DNA of 64,000 nt, taken from positions 28,947-92,946 of the forward strand of contig CAZQWQ010000028.1 in NCBI GenBank assembly GCA_964596925.1. Direction: 5' to 3'. The notes beneath the pieces were generated by a model. That model did no database searches. It was not told the origin of the DNA and was given only the letters and a program-made list of their open reading frames with translations. Position 1 is the stretch's first letter, and each line of letters begins with the position of its first letter. Shown piece by piece: positions 20,525-31,908 of the stretch. Position numbers and translations under genes: made by a program. The stretch is from an uncultured Gemmatimonadaceae bacterium (lineage in GTDB: Bacteria > Gemmatimonadota > Gemmatimonadetes > Gemmatimonadales > GWC2-71-9).

Positions 20525-22315
20525 TCAATTCCCGACCGTCCCCGTCGCCAACCCCCGCCACAGGCGCGCGGCGCGCGCGTCCGCGTTGGCAGCCTTCGAG
20601 AGCCGCAGGGCCGACGTGGTCCGCTCGCGGACGGTCGTGTCCAGTGTCACCAACTGCCCGTTGCGTCGGACGACGATCCGCAGCGGCTGGCCAGCCTTGC
20701 CCCGGTAACGGTCCCGAAACGCCGGCCCAAAATCCCGGTCCGCCGACACGCGCACGTCCCCGACCGAAACCAGCGTATCCCCAGCCTGGACTCCCGCGCC
20801 GTCCGCCGATCCCTCGGGGACCACATCCGCGATCACATTCGCAGCCTCGTCCGTCTGGATCCCCAAAAACGGTGATGTCGTGGTGCGCCGGTCGACGGCG
20901 ATGCCAGCTTTGGGGAGGAACTGCTCATAGGGCAGCGCGTCGCGACCGTTGATGAAGCGCCGGTAGAACCCATCCGCATCGGGCATCCCCGCTTCCGTGA
21001 GCAGTGACAGCAGGTCGGCGGTGCGGAAGCCCTTCCCCTGCTTGTAGAACCGAGTGAACAGGCCGCGTGTCACCTCGTCGAGACTGTGCCGATTGTCGGT
21101 GGCATCGCGAATCGCCACATCGAGCAGCAGCCCGGTGAGCGCGCCCTTCGGGTAGTACAGCTGTGAGCTGTTGACATACACCTCGTCGATCCACGTCGCG
21201 AGACTGCCGTCTTCCTCACTCCATGGCTCAGGCGCCGTCTCCACCTGGTCCGCGTTGCCCTGCATGCTGGCGAGAAACTCGGCATCGCTCCATAACCCGG
21301 CGCGCCAGTTGGTGAGATCTCCGTAGTAGTCGGTCACGCCCTCCGACCACCAGAGCAACGGCGTGTACTGTTCCTCGTCGTAGTCGTAGGGCCACAGCTC
21401 GGCGGGGCGGATCCGTTTCACATTCCAGAGATGGAAGAACTCGTGGGCCATGAGCGGCCGCATGAACGATCCCAGAATGCCGTCCGGACCGGCGAAGGCG
21501 CTGGCGGGCATAATGTCGAACTGCGATGCCGCGTGCTCGAGCCCACCACCAAACTGAATCGGTTCGTGGTACACCTGGAAAAACACGGTATACACGTCGT
21601 AGGGCGCCCCGCCCATCAGGCGGTTCTGCACCGCTGCCTGTTTCGCAATGCCGTCCCGCAGATTGCGCGCGACCGCCGGCGTGTAATCCCCGGCCGGATA
21701 CACGGCGATCCGGATCCACTTGCCGTCCACGGCGAGCGAGTCGAGACTGAAGTGACCCACGAACGTCACGGCATCGGCCAGCTCGTGATAGTCGGATGCT
21801 CGATACGCATCGCCCGCGCGCGCCAACGCCGTGGCCACGCGCCATCCACCGGGAAGCGCGAAGCGCACTTCTGCCGGTCGATCCAGTCGACCTTCCTGAT
21901 ACAAGAACAAGTTGGTGCCGAGAAACTGCCCGAAATCCCCCACGAGGCGTGACTGCGAGAGGTCGATCGCGTCGGCGAGGTAGTCGAATTCCACCGTGAC
22001 GCGAGCGCTCCCGCCGGTTCCGATGCGCCACGTATCTTTGTCGAGCCGATCCCAGAACAACGGTTGCCCCGCGGCGTTGCGCGCCGTGAAATGGCGCGCG
22101 TACCGGGCGTAGTTCTGGATCGTGTAACTGCCGGGACTCCACGCGGGGAGTGAGACGAGGAGTGTGTCCGTCCCCTCCGTCGGAAACTCCGCCTTCACAT
22201 GGAACAGGTGGGCGGCCGCCGAGCCGACGGATACTTCATAGCGAATCGCTTGGGCCGATGCGCGACCCCACAGAATGGTGAGCAGGACGGCACAGGACAT
22301 TCCCCGCAAACGCAT
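20525..22315 (-). CDS. M61-family glycyl aminopeptidase with C-terminal PDZ domain
   Basis: HEFFHLWNVKRIRP zinc motif and a PDZ-like C-terminus (GVQAGDTLVSVGDVRV). A signal peptide follows ATG 22315 (MRLRGMSCAVLLTILWGRASAQA). Confidence 0.8.
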   Translation of the reverse strand: MRLRGMSCAVLLTILWGRASAQAIRYEVSVGSAAAHLFHVKAEFPTEGTDTLLVSLPAWSPGSYTIQNYARYARHFTARNAAGQPLFWDRLDKDTWRIGTGGSARVTVEFDYLADAIDLSQSRLVGDFGQFLGTNLFLYQEGRLDRPAEVRFALPGGWRVATALARAGDAYRASDYHELADAVTFVGHFSLDSLAVDGKWIRIAVYPAGDYTPAVARNLRDGIAKQAAVQNRLMGGAPYDVYTVFFQVYHEPIQFGGGLEHAASQFDIMPASAFAGPDGILGSFMRPLMAHEFFHLWNVKRIRPAELWPYDYDEEQYTPLLWWSEGVTDYYGDLTNWRAGLWSDAEFLASMQGNADQVETAPEPWSEEDGSLATWIDEVYVNSSQLYYPKGALTGLLLDVAIRDATDNRHSLDEVTRGLFTRFYKQGKGFRTADLLSLLTEAGMPDADGFYRRFINGRDALPYEQFLPKAGIAVDRRTTTSPFLGIQTDEAANVIADVVPEGSADGAGVQAGDTLVSVGDVRVSADRDFGPAFRDRYRGKAGQPLRIVVRRNGQLVTLDTTVRERTTSALRLSKAANADARAARLWRGLATGTVGN

Positions 22316-22380
22316 GCGAACCCTCGTGTTGGAGTTACCGGTGGGAGTGTGGACTGGAATGATACCCACACCAATGCAAC

Positions 22381-22409
22381 GCGGCCCCACCGATGCTCGG
22401 TGGGGCCGC
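22381..22409 (-). terminator. Stem-loop terminator downstream of the HU/IHF-like gene
   Basis: Perfect 12-bp GC-rich stem, GCGGCCCCACCG / CGGTGGGGCCGC, with a 5-nt loop. It lies 25 nt after the stop and is followed by GTTGCATT on the transcribed strand. Confidence 0.7.
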
Positions 22410-22433
22410 GCCAACTATCGGGAGCGCGTGCAG

Positions 22434-22748
22434 TTACGAGGGGACGTTAGCGCTGTGATCCGCGACCATCGCCCGCAACTCCTTGCTGGGCTTGAAGACA
22501 GGCACGGGGCGCGCCGCTACTTCGACCGGATCGCCGGTGCGCGGATTGCGCGCCATGCGCGTCTTGCGCTGACGGATCTTGAACGTCCCAAACCCACGTA
22601 TCTCAATGTTATGCTGCTCGGCTAGCGCGGCCTTCACCGCATCCAGGAACGAGTCTACGACCCGCGCACAGTCCTTTTTGGAAATCAGGGGACCGGCCGT
22701 GCGGGCAATTTGAGCGGTGACCTTTTCGACCAGATCGGCCTTCGTCAT
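22434..22748 (-). CDS. HU/IHF-family DNA-binding protein
   Basis: MTKADLVEKV...IEIRGFGTFKIRQRKTRMARNPRTGDPVEV is the classical IHF/HU arm sequence. Confidence 0.9.
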   Translation of the reverse strand: MTKADLVEKVTAQIARTAGPLISKKDCARVVDSFLDAVKAALAEQHNIEIRGFGTFKIRQRKTRMARNPRTGDPVEVAARPVPVFKPSKELRAMVADHSANVPS

Positions 22749-22808
22749 CCGTACCCCCCGAAGGGCGCAGGGAATACCACTACCGGGCGCCCAACATATG
22801 GCCCTTAC

Positions 22809-23888
22809 CTATTGACTGTCAAGAGCTTGGAGGAACTCTCGGAAGTGCTCCTGAGCGTCATGAGGCCCGGGGGATGCCTCGGGGTGGTACTGCACGGCAA
22901 AAATGGGGTAGTCGCGGTGCCGAACGCCTTCTACGGTGCCATCATTGAGGTTAAGGTGGGTGACCTCGAGCGCTTTCGCGCCCGGAACACCCCCCGTATC
23001 GCCCCGAACCGAGAATCCGTGGTTCTGGGAAGTGATAAGCACTTGCCCCGTCTTGAGATCGCGTACCGGGTGGTTGCCGCCGCGATGTCCGTAGGGCAGC
23101 TTGACCGTTTCGCCCCCAAACGCGAGCCCCAGGAGCTGGTGGCCTAGGCAGATCCCGAAGATGGGCAGCGAACCGTCGGCAAGCTCCCGGATCGTCTCGA
23201 TCGCATATCCCACCGCCGCAGGGTCGCCGGGACCATTGGAGAGGAACAGGCCCGACGGAGCGAGCTCCCGCACGCGCGCCGCCGATGTCTGAGCCGGGAC
23301 AACCGTGACGCGACAGCCGTAGCCCAAGAACAGTCGCAGGATGTTGCGCTTCATGCCGAAGTCGTAGGCGACGATGTGGCACTTCGCGTCGGCGGGCCCT
23401 TCGGCATATTCGCGCGTGATGGTGGCGGCGCTCGCGAGATCGAGTCCGTCCATGCTGGGTGATGCTGCGAGCATTGCGCGCACGTCGTCCGTCGGTCCGT
23501 CACCCACGGCCATCACCCCGCGCATCGCGCCCTTCGAGCGGATGTACCGGGTGACCTGTCGCGTATCCACCTCGGAGATGATCGGCACACGCGCCGCCGC
23601 CAACCACTCGAGCAGTCCACCGGTCGCCCGCCAATTGGAGGATCGGGCGGACAGCTCGCGCACCACGACCCCGGCGACCCGGGGCCGGTCGGATTCGATA
23701 TCGTCCGGGTTGATCCCGTAGTTGCCGATCATCGGCGCCGTCATGACCACGAGCTGCCCGAGGTAGGAGGGGTCGGTGAACACCTCCTGGTAGCCGCTCA
23801 GATTCGTGGTGAAGACGACTTCGGCATACGCAGGCTCGAATGGGAGGGGCGCGGTTCCGGCGAACCAGGCGCCATCTTCCAGGAGCAC
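22809..23888 (-). CDS. carA: Carbamoyl-phosphate synthase small (glutaminase) subunit
   Basis: VFTTNLSGYQEVFTDPSYLGQ, the GICLGHQLL active-site Cys, and HPEASPGPHD. The start is assigned to GTG 23888 (MLLEDGAWF), the first start codon after the secG stop, and is uncertain. Confidence 0.88.
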   Translation of the reverse strand: MLLEDGAWFAGTAPLPFEPAYAEVVFTTNLSGYQEVFTDPSYLGQLVVMTAPMIGNYGINPDDIESDRPRVAGVVVRELSARSSNWRATGGLLEWLAAARVPIISEVDTRQVTRYIRSKGAMRGVMAVGDGPTDDVRAMLAASPSMDGLDLASAATITREYAEGPADAKCHIVAYDFGMKRNILRLFLGYGCRVTVVPAQTSAARVRELAPSGLFLSNGPGDPAAVGYAIETIRELADGSLPIFGICLGHQLLGLAFGGETVKLPYGHRGGNHPVRDLKTGQVLITSQNHGFSVRGDTGGVPGAKALEVTHLNLNDGTVEGVRHRDYPIFAVQYHPEASPGPHDAQEHFREFLQALDSQ

Positions 23889-23904
23889 GTAGGCCGGGAG
23901 GCGG

Positions 23905-24264
23905 TCAGCGATTGGGCGGCGCGGGCTGTGGAGCGGGGTTGGGCGGGGGCGCCGGCGACGACTGGATCGGCAGCGGCGCGGACTGAACCGGGGCGGGTGC
24001 TGCCCCCCCCTCGAGCACGGACCGAGGGGCACTGGTGCGCGATGACATGACGGCGAGAATGAGGGCGAGGAACAGGAAGATCCCGGCGCACCACCACGTG
24101 ATCGTATGCAGCAGCGTGGTGGCCTGCCGGCCGCCCATCACCATCTCAGTCCCCGACCCGCCGCCCAACGAGGCGAGACCACCCCCCTGCCCCGCCTGCA
24201 GCAGGATCGAGGTCGCCATCACCAGCGAGACAAGGAGGAGGAGCACTACGAGCACGGTGTACAT
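23905..24264 (-). CDS. secG: Preprotein translocase subunit SecG with a Pro/Ala-rich C-terminal tail
   Basis: MYTVLVVLLLLVSLVMATSILLQAGQGGGLASLGGG plus a second TM. Its position after tpiA is the common tpiA-secG synteny. Confidence 0.85.
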   Translation of the reverse strand: MYTVLVVLLLLVSLVMATSILLQAGQGGGLASLGGGSGTEMVMGGRQATTLLHTITWWCAGIFLFLALILAVMSSRTSAPRSVLEGGAAPAPVQSAPLPIQSSPAPPPNPAPQPAPPNR

Positions 24265-24280
24265 CGCGCGCGCAAAATAC

Positions 24281-25026
24281 CTAGGGAACCGTCGTCGACA
24301 CAAGCTGGGCCCATCCGACCGGATCGAGCGAGGCACCGCCGACCAGCACGCCGTCCAGCTCCCGTTCGGCCAGGAGCGCGGCGATGTTCTTCGCGTTCAC
24401 GCTTCCCCCGTACAGCACCCGGGTCACGCTGGCGCTGCGTCGCACCAGCCAATCCCGGATTTCCCGGTGGACGGTGGCCGCGTCCTGCGGCGTGGCGTTG
24501 CGTCCGGTGCCGATCGCCCAGACGGGTTCGTAGGCGATCACGACGCGATCGAGCGTTCCACCGTCCAGTCCGTCCAGGGCGGCCCCGAGCTGGCGGCGCA
24601 CCACCTCCAGCGTCGATCGAGCCTCTCGTTCGGCGAGCGTTTCCCCGACGCACAGCACCGGCATGAGTTGGCCGCCGAGCGCCGCCCGGATCTTGCGGGC
24701 CGTCTCCGCATCACTCTCCCCGAACACGTGCCGCCGTTCGGAGTGCCCGATCAGCGCGCTTGTGGCGCCCGCCTGCGCCGCCAGCGGGACCGAGATGGCT
24801 CCGGTAAATGCCCCCTTCGGCTCCCAGTGAACGTCCTGGATGCCGACGCGCAGGTCAGGTCGTCCGGCAGTCCCAAGCGCCATGGCCTCGACCGAGACGG
24901 ACGGCGGAAAGAACCACACGTCGCGATCGGGGTGAGGAGCGTACGCAGGCAGAAAAGTGTCGAGATACGCCCGTGCGTCGGCGGGCCCGAGATGCATCTT
25001 CCAATTGGCCGCGAAGTGGAGACGTC

Positions 25027-25030
<4 letters not shown>
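24281..25030 (-). CDS. tpiA: Triosephosphate isomerase (249 aa)
   Basis: AANWKMH, IGHSERR, YEPVWAIGTG and YGGSV motifs. GTG 25030 overlaps the pgk stop (GTGA). Confidence 0.93.
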
Positions 25031-27224
<2,194 letters not shown>

Positions 27225-27956
27225 CTAGCTGAAATCAGGAATGGTCGCTCGACCGAATGTGACGGCCGTGACGGTGGTGAATCCCTGCTGCTCGAACGCC
27301 CGCGCCGCGCCCGCGAGGGTCGCGCCGGTCGTGAAGACGTCGTCGACGATGACGATGGCGGATTTGCGGGATAGCAAACCACTCCGCGATCCGAAATCCT
27401 CAATCCGCACTCGAAACGCCCCCGCCACGTTCGCTAGGCGGGCAGCCGGTGTCAACGCCGTCTGGGTCCGTGTATCTCGCGCCCGGGTCAGTAGTTCGGT
27501 ATCGACGGAGAGGTGCCAGCAATGTGCCAGGGCGCGCGCGAGCCACAGGCTTTGATTGTAACCCCGTGTACGCAGACGGCGGGCTCCGAGGGGGATGGGA
27601 ACCAGCCGTGCACCCGCGGGAGGCGCCGGCAGGATCCGCACCATCACGGCGGCAATATCGGCCGCGATGCGCGGCAAGCCTCGGTACTTGAGGGCGTGCA
27701 CCGTCGTCCGGGCTCCCGCATCGAGCCACACCGCCGAGCGGACGGACGCGAGCGCCGCCGGCCACTCGCGGCACAATCGGCACGGGCCGAAGTGCGGCTC
27801 CGGCTGACCGCAGCGTTCGCACCACGGGGGGCGCACCGCTCGCCAGCGGGAGCGGCACACCGGGCAAACCAGATCGTCGGCGCGCTCGTCGGCCAGCAGC
27901 CGGTAGCAAACGAGACATTCCGCCGGCAGCAGCAGCCGTTCGAGAGCGTTAGTCAC
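27225..27956 (-). CDS. comF: ComF-family protein (phosphoribosyltransferase-like)
   Basis: N-terminal double CxxC zinc-finger (CLVC...CPVC...CERCG) and a C-terminal PRTase motif (IVIVDDVFTTGATL). Confidence 0.8.
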   Translation of the reverse strand: MTNALERLLLPAECLVCYRLLADERADDLVCPVCRSRWRAVRPPWCERCGQPEPHFGPCRLCREWPAALASVRSAVWLDAGARTTVHALKYRGLPRIAADIAAVMVRILPAPPAGARLVPIPLGARRLRTRGYNQSLWLARALAHCWHLSVDTELLTRARDTRTQTALTPAARLANVAGAFRVRIEDFGSRSGLLSRKSAIVIVDDVFTTGATLAGAARAFEQQGFTTVTAVTFGRATIPDFS

Positions 27957-28767
27957 GCAGCGCGCGCTCGACGGCCGCGCGCATCACTTCGATTGGTGCG
28001 GAGTGCGCTGGAAAGAACCGGGCCCAGGCGAGCGCCCCCTGGCGGACCAGCATGCCGCGGCCGTCGCGCGCCGTGATGCCGGCGTCGCGCAGCGCGCGCA
28101 CCCACCGCGTCTCCCTGGGGCGATACACGAGATCGAGGGCGACCCGCAGGTCCCGCACCGCGGTGGGCTCGATGGGCAGCGAGTCGTCGCCGTTGAGGCC
28201 CAACGGGGTCGTATTCACCACCACGTCCGCCGCCACGGGAGGCGCCGCGAGACGCACCCGCGTGCCGCGTGACGCCGCCCATTCCACGAACCCCCGAGCC
28301 CGCTCGGGATCGCGCGAGCGGACCAACAGCTCGGCGTGTGCATCCGAGGCCGCTATCGCGACGGCGCGCGCCGACCCACCCGCGCCCAGCAGGAGCCAGC
28401 GCCCGCCGTCGGCACCGAGCTCCGTGAGCTCGGCCCCCACGGCGGGGGCGTCGGTGTTGTCGCCCACGAGGATGCCCTGCTCCACCCAGAAGGTATTGCA
28501 CGCGCCGACGCGGGTGCACAGGTCCGTTTTACGCGCGACACATCGTTCCGCCGCGCCTTTGAGCGGAATGGTGACGTTCCCCGCGACGCCGAGCTGGGCG
28601 AGTGCGCGCAACGTGTCGGGGAAGGTGGCGGCCGGCGTGCGGAACCCCAAGTACACCGCGTCGAGCCCGAGGGCGCCGATCCCGGCGTTGTACATCGCGG
28701 GCGACAACGAATGGGCGATCGGGTCACCCAGCACCGCGAGCAGCCGGGTGCTACCGCCGATCCTCAC
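27949..28767 (-). CDS. aroE: Shikimate dehydrogenase
   Basis: AVLGDPIAHSLSPAMYNA, NVTIPLK, NTDAPA and GAGGSARA motifs. Confidence 0.9.
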   Translation of the reverse strand: MRIGGSTRLLAVLGDPIAHSLSPAMYNAGIGALGLDAVYLGFRTPAATFPDTLRALAQLGVAGNVTIPLKGAAERCVARKTDLCTRVGACNTFWVEQGILVGDNTDAPAVGAELTELGADGGRWLLLGAGGSARAVAIAASDAHAELLVRSRDPERARGFVEWAASRGTRVRLAAPPVAADVVVNTTPLGLNGDDSLPIEPTAVRDLRVALDLVYRPRETRWVRALRDAGITARDGRGMLVRQGALAWARFFPAHSAPIEVMRAAVERALRD

Positions 28768-29227
28768 GTCGCGTCTCGCTCGCCAGTCGGTCGGCTACCG
28801 CCGCGATGAGGGTCTCGAGCTCGGCGCAGGTATCGCGATATACCTCGAGGTCGCCGCCGAACGGATCGCCCACTTCCGCTTCCTCGCCCGTCCGACCGGC
28901 GTACTCCCCGAGGACGAACACCCGTCCCTCGCCACCCAGCTCGTGCACCCGGGCGCGGTGGTGCCGCGCCATGGTGAAAATCAGGTGGGCGTCCTCCACG
29001 ATCTCGCGGGTGAGTAATCGGGCACGGTGGCTCGAGAGATCGAGGCCGCGTTCCAGTCCGATGAGGTAGGCACCTTCGGAAGCCGGGGCGCCGTCCCAGG
29101 CACCCGTGCCCGCGGACTCGACCGCCACCTCGCCCACGCCGCGCTCCATCAGCGCGCGCCGCAGCAACGCTTCGGCCAGCGGGCTGCGGCAGATGTTGCC
29201 GGTGCAGACGAACAGGATTTGCTTCAC
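28751..29227 (-). CDS. Low-molecular-weight protein-tyrosine phosphatase / arsenate-reductase-fold protein
   Basis: ILFVCTGNICRSP P-loop (CX5R-S) at the N-terminus; 158 aa. Confidence 0.88.
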   Translation of the reverse strand: MKQILFVCTGNICRSPLAEALLRRALMERGVGEVAVESAGTGAWDGAPASEGAYLIGLERGLDLSSHRARLLTREIVEDAHLIFTMARHHRARVHELGGEGRVFVLGEYAGRTGEEAEVGDPFGGDLEVYRDTCAELETLIAAVADRLASETRREDRR

Positions 29228-29877
29228 GGCGCGAGGAACCCGGCCGCGGCGCGCAACTCCGCCAGGGAAACCGCCCCGGCACGGATGACCCGTGGTGGGT
29301 GCCCCGTGCAGTCCACCACGGTGGACGGAGGCCGATTGCCCAGCACGCCGCCGTCGAGCACCACGAGCACGCCGTCCTGGACCGGTCCGGCGAAATCGCG
29401 CAGAATCGCTTCAGCCCCCGGGGCCGGCGCGCTACCGGGAAGATTGGCGGAGGTGGACGTCAGCGGCTCGCCGAGGGCCGTGACCAAACGCGCGATGTTC
29501 GTATGCGATGTCCAACGCACGGCGATTCCCCCTTCCGGTCCGCGCAATAGATCCGGCAGCCGTCCGCTCCCGCCCGGCAACACCAGGGTCAGCGGCCCCG
29601 GCCAGAATGCCCGAGCGAGCGCATTCGCCGACTCGTTGAACGCGAGCCCCTGGGCCTCGGCCATTGCGCGGCTCGCCACGAGCACGAGAAACGGCTTCCC
29701 GGCGGCGCGCCCTTTCAACGACGCCAGCGCCCGCACCTCCGACTCGCGCGGGCGGGATCCCAAACCGTACACCGTTTCGGTGGGATACGCGAGCAGTCCA
29801 CCCGCGCGGAGGTGGGCGACGGTCGGTTGCAGGGCCGCTGTGACGTCGGCATCGGTGACAAACGGCAACGCCGTCAT
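29224..29877 (-). CDS. tsaC: L-threonylcarbamoyladenylate synthase (YrdC/Sua5 family)
   Basis: LLAYPTETVYGLG, TSTSANLPG, and a 217-aa length. Confidence 0.88.
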   Translation of the reverse strand: MTALPFVTDADVTAALQPTVAHLRAGGLLAYPTETVYGLGSRPRESEVRALASLKGRAAGKPFLVLVASRAMAEAQGLAFNESANALARAFWPGPLTLVLPGGSGRLPDLLRGPEGGIAVRWTSHTNIARLVTALGEPLTSTSANLPGSAPAPGAEAILRDFAGPVQDGVLVVLDGGVLGNRPPSTVVDCTGHPPRVIRAGAVSLAELRAAAGFLAP

Positions 29878-30581
29878 GACAGCTCGCGCGCCAGCGCTTC
29901 CGCAAGCCGCCAGTCGTCTTCGGTCGTCACTTTCAAATTGTGTGGCGAGTCCGCCACGACCTCCACCGGAAACCCGGCACGCTCGACCAGCTCGGCATCA
30001 TCCGTCGGGGACGGCGACCCCACGGTCCAGGCGGCGTAGGCGGCTTCGATGATCGCGCGGGGAAATCCCTGCGGTGTCTGCGCCCGCCACAACCGTTCGC
30101 GACCAACCGTTCGCGCCACGCGCCGTTCCCCCTCCACGTCCTTGACGGTGTCGCCCATCGGGACGGCCGCCACTGCTCCCACGCCCGAGCGAGCCCGCGC
30201 GATCACGGCGTCGATCGTCGACCGTGCGACGAATGGCCGGGCAGCATCGTGCACCAGCACGATCGTCAACGGCGCATTCAGCGCGGTGAGTCCCGCCCGC
30301 ACGGAATCGGCCCGCGTGGCGCCCCCGGACACAATCCGGAGTCGCTGGCTGACTAGCGGCACCAGCCACCCGGGCGGTCGCTCGGCGAACGCCGCAGGGA
30401 GTGCCACGATCAGCTGGTCCACCTCTGGGTGCGCCGCGAACGGGCGCAACGCCCACAACAGCATCGGGACACCCAGAATGGGACGGAATTGTTTGGGCTC
30501 GCCGGCGCCGGCGCGCACGCCGACGCCGGCCGCCACGATCACGACTCCGACGTCAGGCAGCGAGGCGGCGGGCGAGCTCAC
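29874..30581 (-). CDS. ispD: 2-C-methyl-D-erythritol 4-phosphate cytidylyltransferase
   Basis: VIVAAGVGVRAG...KQF, VLVHDAARPF and TPQGF motifs. The GTG start at 30581 overlaps radA by 29 nt, and a downstream GTG is possible. Confidence 0.88.
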   Translation of the reverse strand: MSSPAASLPDVGVVIVAAGVGVRAGAGEPKQFRPILGVPMLLWALRPFAAHPEVDQLIVALPAAFAERPPGWLVPLVSQRLRIVSGGATRADSVRAGLTALNAPLTIVLVHDAARPFVARSTIDAVIARARSGVGAVAAVPMGDTVKDVEGERRVARTVGRERLWRAQTPQGFPRAIIEAAYAAWTVGSPSPTDDAELVERAGFPVEVVADSPHNLKVTTEDDWRLAEALARELS

Positions 30582-31908
30582 CGACGTGCTCGATCCCCAC
30601 GACGTCGAGGCCGCTCGTCACCCGGGACCGGGACGAAAGGAAAACGCGCCGAAACCCCTGCCGCTCGGCCTCACCCAGCCGGCGCTCGAGCCCGGATACC
30701 GGGCGTACTTCGCCGCCCAGGCCGACTTCCCCCAGGAACAGCGCGTCTGCCGGTGCGGGACGATCGTGCACGCTCGACATCAGCGCCGCGATGACCGCGA
30801 GATCAGTGGATGGCTCGAGGAGACGCACCCCCCCCGTGACGTTGACGAAGACATCCAGCGCGCCCACGGGTAGCCCGCCGCGGCGCTCCAGCACCGCGAG
30901 CAACACGGCGAGGCGTCGCTGATCGAGGCCGGTCGCCACCCGCTGCGGTGTCCCAAACCCGGCCTTCGAGGCGAGCGCCTGGACTTCCACCAGCACCGGC
31001 CGCGTCCCTTCCATCAGTGCAGTGACCGCCGAGCCCGAGACTCCGGTGTGGCGGCCCGCCAGGAAGACGGATGCGGGATCGGGGACGGCTTCGAGGCCGG
31101 CGGACGTCATGCGAAACACGCCGATCTCGTCCACCGAGCCAAACCGGTTCTTCACCGCCCGCAGGATACGGTGGTCGAGCGACGCCTCGCCCTCGAAATA
31201 GAGGACCGTATCCACGATGTGCTCCAGCGTGCGCGGGCCGGCGATGCCCCCACCCTTCGTGACGTGTCCGACCAGAAACACGGCGGGCCCAGCCTCCTTG
31301 GCGAAGCGCATCAGCCGGGCGGCGCACTCGCGCACCTGCCCGACATTCCCGGGCGCGCCCTCCAGCTCCTCGGTGTATGTCGTCTGGATCGAATCAAGGA
31401 ACAGCACCTGGGCGCGGACTGCGCTGGCATGATGGAGAATGGACTCCAGGTTCGTCTCGCCGAGCACGTGCACTGCACCCGCATCCTCGGTCAGCCGAGC
31501 GGCGCGCAGCTGCAGCTGCTCCGGCGATTCTTCTCCCGACACGTAGAGGGTGCGCACACCGGCTCGCTCGAGGCGCGCCGCGCCCTGCAGCAGCAGCGTG
31601 GACTTGCCGATTCCCGGCTCGCCGCCGACCAGCACCAGCGATCCGGGGACGATCCCGCCGCCCAGAATGAAATCGAGCTCGTCGAAGCCGGTCTTCCAGC
31701 GGGTGATGTCCACTCCGCCCACCGCGGACAAACGGACCGGGGGCCTGGCCGACGGATTGCGCGTCTGCCCGACCGCCCGCACGCTCTTGCGGCCGGCCGC
31801 TTCTTCCACCAGCGCATTCCAGGCGCCGCACGCGTCGCACCGCCCCGCCCACTTTGGCTGCTCCGCGCCGCACTCGGTGCAGCGGAACACGGAATGCGCC
31901 TTAGCCAT
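30553..31908 (-). CDS. radA: DNA repair protein RadA/Sms
   Basis: N-terminal zinc finger (FRCTECGAEQPKWAGRCDACGAWN), Walker A GEPGIGKST, KNRFG, and a Lon-like C-terminus. Confidence 0.94.
   Translation of the reverse strand: MAKAHSVFRCTECGAEQPKWAGRCDACGAWNALVEEAAGRKSVRAVGQTRNPSARPPVRLSAVGGVDITRWKTGFDELDFILGGGIVPGSLVLVGGEPGIGKSTLLLQGAARLERAGVRTLYVSGEESPEQLQLRAARLTEDAGAVHVLGETNLESILHHASAVRAQVLFLDSIQTTYTEELEGAPGNVGQVRECAARLMRFAKEAGPAVFLVGHVTKGGGIAGPRTLEHIVDTVLYFEGEASLDHRILRAVKNRFGSVDEIGVFRMTSAGLEAVPDPASVFLAGRHTGVSGSAVTALMEGTRPVLVEVQALASKAGFGTPQRVATGLDQRRLAVLLAVLERRGGLPVGALDVFVNVTGGVRLLEPSTDLAVIAALMSSVHDRPAPADALFLGEVGLGGEVRPVSGLERRLGEAERQGFRRVFLSSRSRVTSGLDVVGIEHVGELARRLAA

Noticed and set aside
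20525-22433. Moco riboswitch upstream of the moaD-moaE-moaA genes
   Set aside because: The moa genes follow the M61 peptidase gene with gaps of 2-10 nt. The only sizeable upstream spacer (22316-22433) is occupied by the HU terminator hairpin. I see no Moco-riboswitch-like conserved core, and an Infernal scan would be needed to be certain.
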